From positions 208,634,474 through 208,698,473 of the forward strand of contig NC_058133.1 in NCBI RefSeq assembly GCF_016433145.1: a stretch of DNA of 64,000 nucleotides, in the 5' to 3' direction. The notes below the pieces were generated by a model. That model was not told the DNA's origin. It ran no database searches and saw only the letters and a program-made list of their open reading frames with translations. Below are positions 58,801-64,000 of the stretch, piece after piece. The position numbers and the translations under genes were made by a program. Position 1 is the first letter of the stretch. Every line of letters begins with the position of its first letter. The DNA comes from Gracilinanus agilis. Lineage: Eukaryota.

Positions 58801-61800
58801 CCTAGAGTCAGGAAGGTTTCCCCAATTAAATCTGTCCTCAGACTCTAGCTGTGGCAATTCATGTAACCCTGTTTGCTCTGATTTTCTGCTTTGACCAATG
58901 AGCTGGAGAAGGAAATGACAAACCACTAGTATCTTTGCCAAGAGATTCCCAAATTGGGGCATGAAGAGACAGACACGACTGAAACAACTGAACAACAACA
59001 GAACAGATAGGATCGGTAACTAATCTTTTTTTTAAAAAAAACAACCCTTATCTTAGAATCAATACTGTGTATTGGATCTCAGGCAGAAGAGTTGTAAGAG
59101 CTAGGCAATAGGGTGAAGTGACTTGCTCAGGGTTACACATATAGGCAGTATCTGAGGCCAGATTTGAACTGAGGACCTCTTGTCTCTGGGCCTGGCTGTC
59201 CAACCACTGAGCCACCCAGCTGCCCCCATAATTTTAATGATAGCTGGCATATATATTGTGCTTTAAGGTTTGCAAAGCACTTTACAGATGTCTCATTTAG
59301 TCATTAAAACCTCCCTAGGAGATGGGTGCTATCACTATACATTCTGAAAGTACTGGTGTTAAGTTATAGCAGACTATTTCCTGCCTTGGGGAATTGAGGG
59401 GCCGGGGGTGGGGAGAGGCAGAAACCAAAGAGGGAGGGAGAAAATCTGAATCCTAAAATGTCAGAAAACAATGGTAAAAAATGGAATCTGTATGTAACTG
59501 AAAAATTGAAAAAAGAAAAAATATACTGTGCATCTAGGCAGGGCCCACCGATGTATACCTGGCTCCAGGGAAGCCATGGGCAGCAACTTAATGATGTCCC
59601 CATAGTGGAAGCTCAGGAGGCTTGGGTTGTCAGTGACATAACTCCGAAGGGCAATGACGTAGCTTGAGTCCTAGACAGAGAGAAGCAGATGGGGCAAAGG
59701 AATGAATCTCCTTCGTGATTGCTCCCTAAACCTTGCCCCAATTCTCCCAATCTCTCTTTTCCTTGAAAACTCAGCTCCAGGGTCCTACCTGAGGCCCTCC
59801 CCATAGCCTTTGGGGCTACCCTCCTGAAATCCCCTTGTATTTATTTTGAATAATGATTTTGCACATATTTGAAAAGCTGCTAGTTGTTCCCTGGCCTCTT
59901 CTTCCCCCTTCCCAGTAGAATGGGACACACTTTGAGGATACACACTGCTCCCATTTGTTTCCTTTGTATCCTGGGCCCCTAGTGCAGTGCCTGCATAATC
60001 AAGTCTGTAATTATTTAGGTGCCTACTGTATGCTGGGCAGTGTGCTAAGTGCTAAGGAAACAAATGCAAAAGACAGTCCCTGCTCTCCAGGAGCTCCTAG
60101 TCTGATGGGGAGACTACACATAAAGACCCAAGTTCAAACAAGCTGTATACAAGATAAACTAGAAATCATCAACAGAGGCAAGATATTACATTCAGAGCAA
60201 TCAGGAAAGGATTTTGGTAAAAGTATGTGTCTTATAATTAATACTTATTGATTGATTGTTTCTCATGCTCTGACTCTCCCCATCCTCCACTCCTACCATA
60301 TGCTTTCTGCCCAGGATCCACTCACTTAGGCAGCTAGGTAGCACAGTGGCTAGAGTGCCCAGCTTAAAGTCCTGAAGATTTGATTTCAAATCTGACCTCA
60401 GTCACTTACTAGCTGTGTGACCCTGGCAAGTCTCTTGACTCTGCCTCAATTTCCTCATCTGTCAAATGATAGAGAAGGAAATGGCAAACCACTCCATATC
60501 TTTGCCTTGGAAATTCCAAATGGGATTATAAGCCAGACACAATTGAATAAGGACATTTCTTTGTTCAGATTGCTGTATCATTGAATCACAATAATTCTGA
60601 ATTGGAAGGGCCCTCAGGTGGTCATTTAGTTTATTCTGTAACTTAGAAAGAGCCCCAACTTCAACATACCACTTGGGTAATCACCCAGCCTTTGCTTAAA
60701 GACCTCCTGTGACAAGGGAGTGATCCACCACCTCTCCAGGCAGCTCATTTCCTTTTGGATTAGCTTTACTTATTCGGAGGGGCAGATGGCTGGTACAGGG
60801 GATAGAGTACCAAGACCAGAGTCAGGAAAATCTGAGTCCAAATCCAGCCTGGTTGTGTGACCCTGGGCAAGTCACTTAATCCCTGTTTGCCCGAATTCCT
60901 CATCTTTAAACTAGGAACCCTCTGGAGAAAAAAAAATGGCAAACTATTCCAATATCTTTGCCAAGAACCTAGAGTCAAGTACTGGAAAGAACTGAACAAT
61001 GATTTGTTAGGGAGTTTTCCCTTTTCCCAGTGATGGTGAACCTTTTAGAGACTGAGTGCCCAAACCTCAATCTTCATGCTGCATGTGAGCCCTTATCCCA
61101 GATGAGAGGGAGGACATACTCCCATTGGGCTGCTGGGTAGTGGGATGGATGAAGAGAGAAATGTCCTCAGGTGCATGTGGAGAGGGGAAAGGAACAGCCC
61201 CTGAGGGCACGTGTGCCATAGGTTTGCCAACACAGCCTCATACTGTTGCTACTGTGGCATGATGCTTTATCTTTTTAATTTGTATTAAGTCATTAAAGTC
61301 TAGGCTTTGGAAAACCTTTAGAACTTTCATCTTGGAGCCCAGTTGTGATTTCACTACTACCTGGACCCAGACCAATCATGTTTTTTGTTTTTGTTTTTTA
61401 CCCAACTGCTTTTGCCCTACCACACCCCATACATCTCTAGCTCTGAAACAATAATGCAGCTAACTACCTTAGACTCTCCTGTGACTCCACTCACTATCCC
61501 TTTCTGTCTTCCCAGATCAAAACACCCTTCCATAGCCATCATTCTCCTATATGTTAGAATAAAGCCTTCTCAAGGGAAGAGATTGTCTTCATTTTGCATT
61601 TTTATCCCTATTGTTTAGCAATGGATCAAAAGCATTTTTTCAAGCCATTAACTATGCCTCTGCAACTTCTACCCTGTGTACCTGGTTCTGCTTTCTGGGG
61701 TCAGAGAGAGCTGAGTTGAATTCATCTTCCTCATGTCAGTCTTTACATATTTCAAGACAGCCAAATAAGGTCCCTGAGCATCTTCACTGTAGGGTCAACA

Positions 61801-63805
61801 AAGTCTACTGGGATTTAGGGAAATTCTGTTGGACCCTGAGACCTAAACATTGAGAAGGTTGAACTACCTGAGGATCCCTGAATAGACTTCAGGGAGTCCA
61901 TGTCCTTAAATGGAAAAAAAAGTTGCATGTTTATTTTCATTAATTTCCTAGTTGGTGGGCATTAACTGCTTTCATATAAGTATTGGAGGATAGGATAGAG
62001 TGGAGCAGATCAACTAGATGGTGAAGCAGATAGAATGCCCAACTTGGAGTCAGGAAGACATGAGTTCAAATCCAGCCTCAGACACTTAACTAGCTGTGTG
62101 ACCCTGAGCAAATTCCTTTACCCTATTTGCTGAGGATGTAGAAATGTGGTGTTTCTTTGAATTATAAATTTTTAAAAAATTTTATTTCCTGAGAAGTGGC
62201 CCATAAGTTTTACCAGATTGCCAAAAGGACCCATGACAATAACTTTAAGAACTTCTGGATTAGATGATGACTAAGATACCTCTGAGACCACTGGGCTTGA
62301 AGTTTGGAAGATTCATCTTTTCACTCATCTTCATGTGTTCAAATCCAGCCTCAAATACTTGCTAGCTGTGTGACCCTGGGCAAGTCATTTAATCTTGTTT
62401 GCCTTAGTTTCCTCCTCTGTCAAGTGAGCTGAAGAAGGAAATGGCTAACCACTTCAGTATCTTTGCCAGGAAAACCCCAAGTGGGATCATGGACTTAACA
62501 ATGAAAGGTCCCTCTATCATTCTTCAAATATCCTATAATTCCATAACTTCCTCTTAAGGATTAGAATGTCCAGTTCTGATATGGTATACTATGCCTTCCC
62601 TAGGGTGGGACAGCCTATTATTGTCTCAGTGGCCCCCACAAGCATTGATCTTCCTTCTCCATATCTTTTGAACAGCCTCTGAATACCTCCACCATCTACA
62701 GCTATTATCCCATCTGCCTCCAGTGTCCCCTTGTCCCCTGCTTCAACCCCATCTGCTTATGCCCACTCACTTTTTTCAGCTCATTCAGGAACAGCTCCAC
62801 CATGGTCTTGATGGCCTGGGCTTGAGATGTATGCAATATTAGTTGCTCATTTCTCAGGGAGAGTTGGAGAACACCATGCTCTTGAGCCTTTACATCCAGA
62901 ACTTCGACAAAACTGTGGATAAATCAATCAGTGGGAGATAGCTATGTTGGAAGACTCCCAACTCATCCTTAAGGAAAGGGAAAGCTCCCAGTACGCCAGT
63001 GTCTAGTGCCATCTCCCACCCCTCCTGACCTGTAGCTGCAGAGGGTCTTGAGGTGGCCTGTGTGGACAGTGGCATCATTGACAACTTTGAGTAGGCGAAG
63101 GCCCCGATGAGACACTGCCAGAAGCTGTACATCACTGCCACTCTCCCCCTGTTGGGAATCCAGGGACACGGTGTTGACAAGGGAATCAGGGGAAGGGGAG
63201 AGAAAATCCCCAGGCAGAGTGAGAAGGGGCCAAGGGAGACATGGGACATACAGCACACTGCTAAATTCATAATTTCTGCTTCTTGGGGGCTATGGAAGTT
63301 TCTATGCATTCTCTCATTGCCATCTAGCCAGAGAGCTCCTTCCTGATGGCAGGAGCTGTGCCTTGTCCCCACCATTCAACTAAGGACTTCTTTCTAAGGG
63401 CAAGGACTATGTCTACTCTGTCATCCTGAGAGGTCTATAAAAGAAGGAATCATGACCCTCTGGTTAGACTAGGAGCTCCCTGAGTGAAGGGATTAGGTCT
63501 CTTCTTTCCATTCCTCCATAGCTCCATTGAGAGCTATTCAAGAGTGGTTGACTTTGGAGGAGTAGAGGACATGGGGTAATGTTCCACGACACCAAGAAAG
63601 GTGCTTAGGCAAACTAGGACACCCGCCAAACTCTGCACAATACCACATAGGGGACCCTGCCAGGGATAGGTAGGGTTGGCGCTAACCGAGACTTGGAAGA
63701 TACGAGAGAAATAATTGGCCCAGTTGTCCCGGGCAGCTACCACAATTCTCTTCTTGACACTGTCTTCAGTGATGGAACTGGCGTCCATGCCCACCTTTAA
63801 GTCCG
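52876..63805 (-). CDS. MYO15B: Unconventional myosin XVB, last 20 exons (FERM-like, SH3, MyTH4, FERM); 5' part lies beyond the window
   Basis: Exons 63805-63687, 63148-63030, 62912-62771, 59670-59559, 58373-58207, 57452-57304, 56877-56817, 56660-56588, 56339-56269, 56048-55975, 55879-55764, 55641-55547, 55419-55342, 55258-55117, 54762-54617, 54451-54330, 54118-53985, 53594-53461, 53246-53112, 52935-52876; total 2249 nt, all GT-AG, phases consistent, no internal stop. SH3 YVIALRSY...[15 protein letters not shown], MyTH4 [18 protein letters not shown]-terminus ELNYGS...IWFESPQAQELL matches recalled MYO15B rather than MYO15A. Confidence 0.95.
56905..57100. mobile_element. hAT MITE, 196 bp (OposCharlie-like)
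   Basis: TIRs CAGTGGTTCCCAAA / CAGTGATTCCTAAA; TSD atttag(a)t with one base missing on the left; GC-rich subterminal motifs. Confidence 0.85.
58692..58717 (-). repeat. Poly-G run on the MYO15B sense strand
   Basis: C19-g-C4 on the plus strand. Confidence 0.9.
58855..59330. mobile_element. SINE cluster: MAR1 3' part (+), didelphid SINE 59027-59228 (-), MIR remnant
   Basis: aatgagctggagaaggaaatgacaaaccactagtatctttgcc (MAR1); reverse SINE with poly-T. Confidence 0.8.
59870..61000. mobile_element. L2 ends and two MAR1-type SINEs (about 60325-60550, 60780-61000)
   Basis: L2 3' motifs and MAR1 CORE plus tail (aaggaaatggcaaaccactcc). Confidence 0.7.
61028..61235 (+). mobile_element. hAT MITE family A, short copy
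   Basis: cagtgatggtgaaccttttagagactgagtgccc...gtgtgccataggtttgccaacacag. Confidence 0.8.
62005..62500 (+). mobile_element. MAR1-type SINE copies with an intervening hAT-like remnant
   Basis: gagttcaaatccagcctcagacact...gtgtgaccctg; aaggaaatggctaaccacttcagtatctttgcc. Confidence 0.7.
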
Positions 63806-64000
63806 CTGTAGACAAAAGACTCTCTTAACTTGGTCATACACACCCTCCCCTCCTTCCTTGACAATCCCCCTCCCTCTCTAGGTAACTGCTATATCCCACC
63901 CTGACTATCCAGTTGGGTTTGAGGACCCAAGGAATACTGCTGGGTGGAAGAGGGAGTCCTTTTTTAGAGGCCCCAATTTTCCTCATCCCCTCCAATATGA

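Noticed and set aside
58543-58998. 151-aa minus-strand ORF
   Set aside because: Runs through a MAR1 SINE and a G homopolymer; the MYO15B frame is complete without it.

Overview
Marsupial genomic DNA, most likely a didelphid (Monodelphis-like), judged from its SINE, MAR1, L1 and hAT-MITE content. It is syntenic with human 17q25.1. Left to right: the first three exons of SAP30BP (minus strand; gene runs off the left edge); a bidirectional CpG-rich promoter; a complete RECQL5 (plus strand, 19 coding exons assembling in frame to 971 aa); two single-pass micropeptide genes, SMIM6/endoregulin-like and SMIM5, nested antisense in the ~21 kb RECQL5 intron 8; and the last 20 exons of MYO15B (minus strand, SH3-MyTH4-FERM tail, uninterrupted frame), ending tail-to-tail with RECQL5. 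Exons were placed by hand from GT-AG boundaries, phase continuity and recalled human orthologue sequences; no database was searched. The best candidate for an under-described system is the nested micropeptide pair: the marsupial SMIM6 looks intermediate between SMIM5 and eutherian endoregulin. Other oddities include a solo LTR with an 18-bp target duplication, an L1-retroposed LTR transcript end, several hAT MITEs with TSDs, a probable splice-donor shift in MYO15B and absence of the aligned RECQL5 CDK1 site. There is one assembly gap (365 N, 31406-31770). Repeat family names and most repeat boundaries are approximate.
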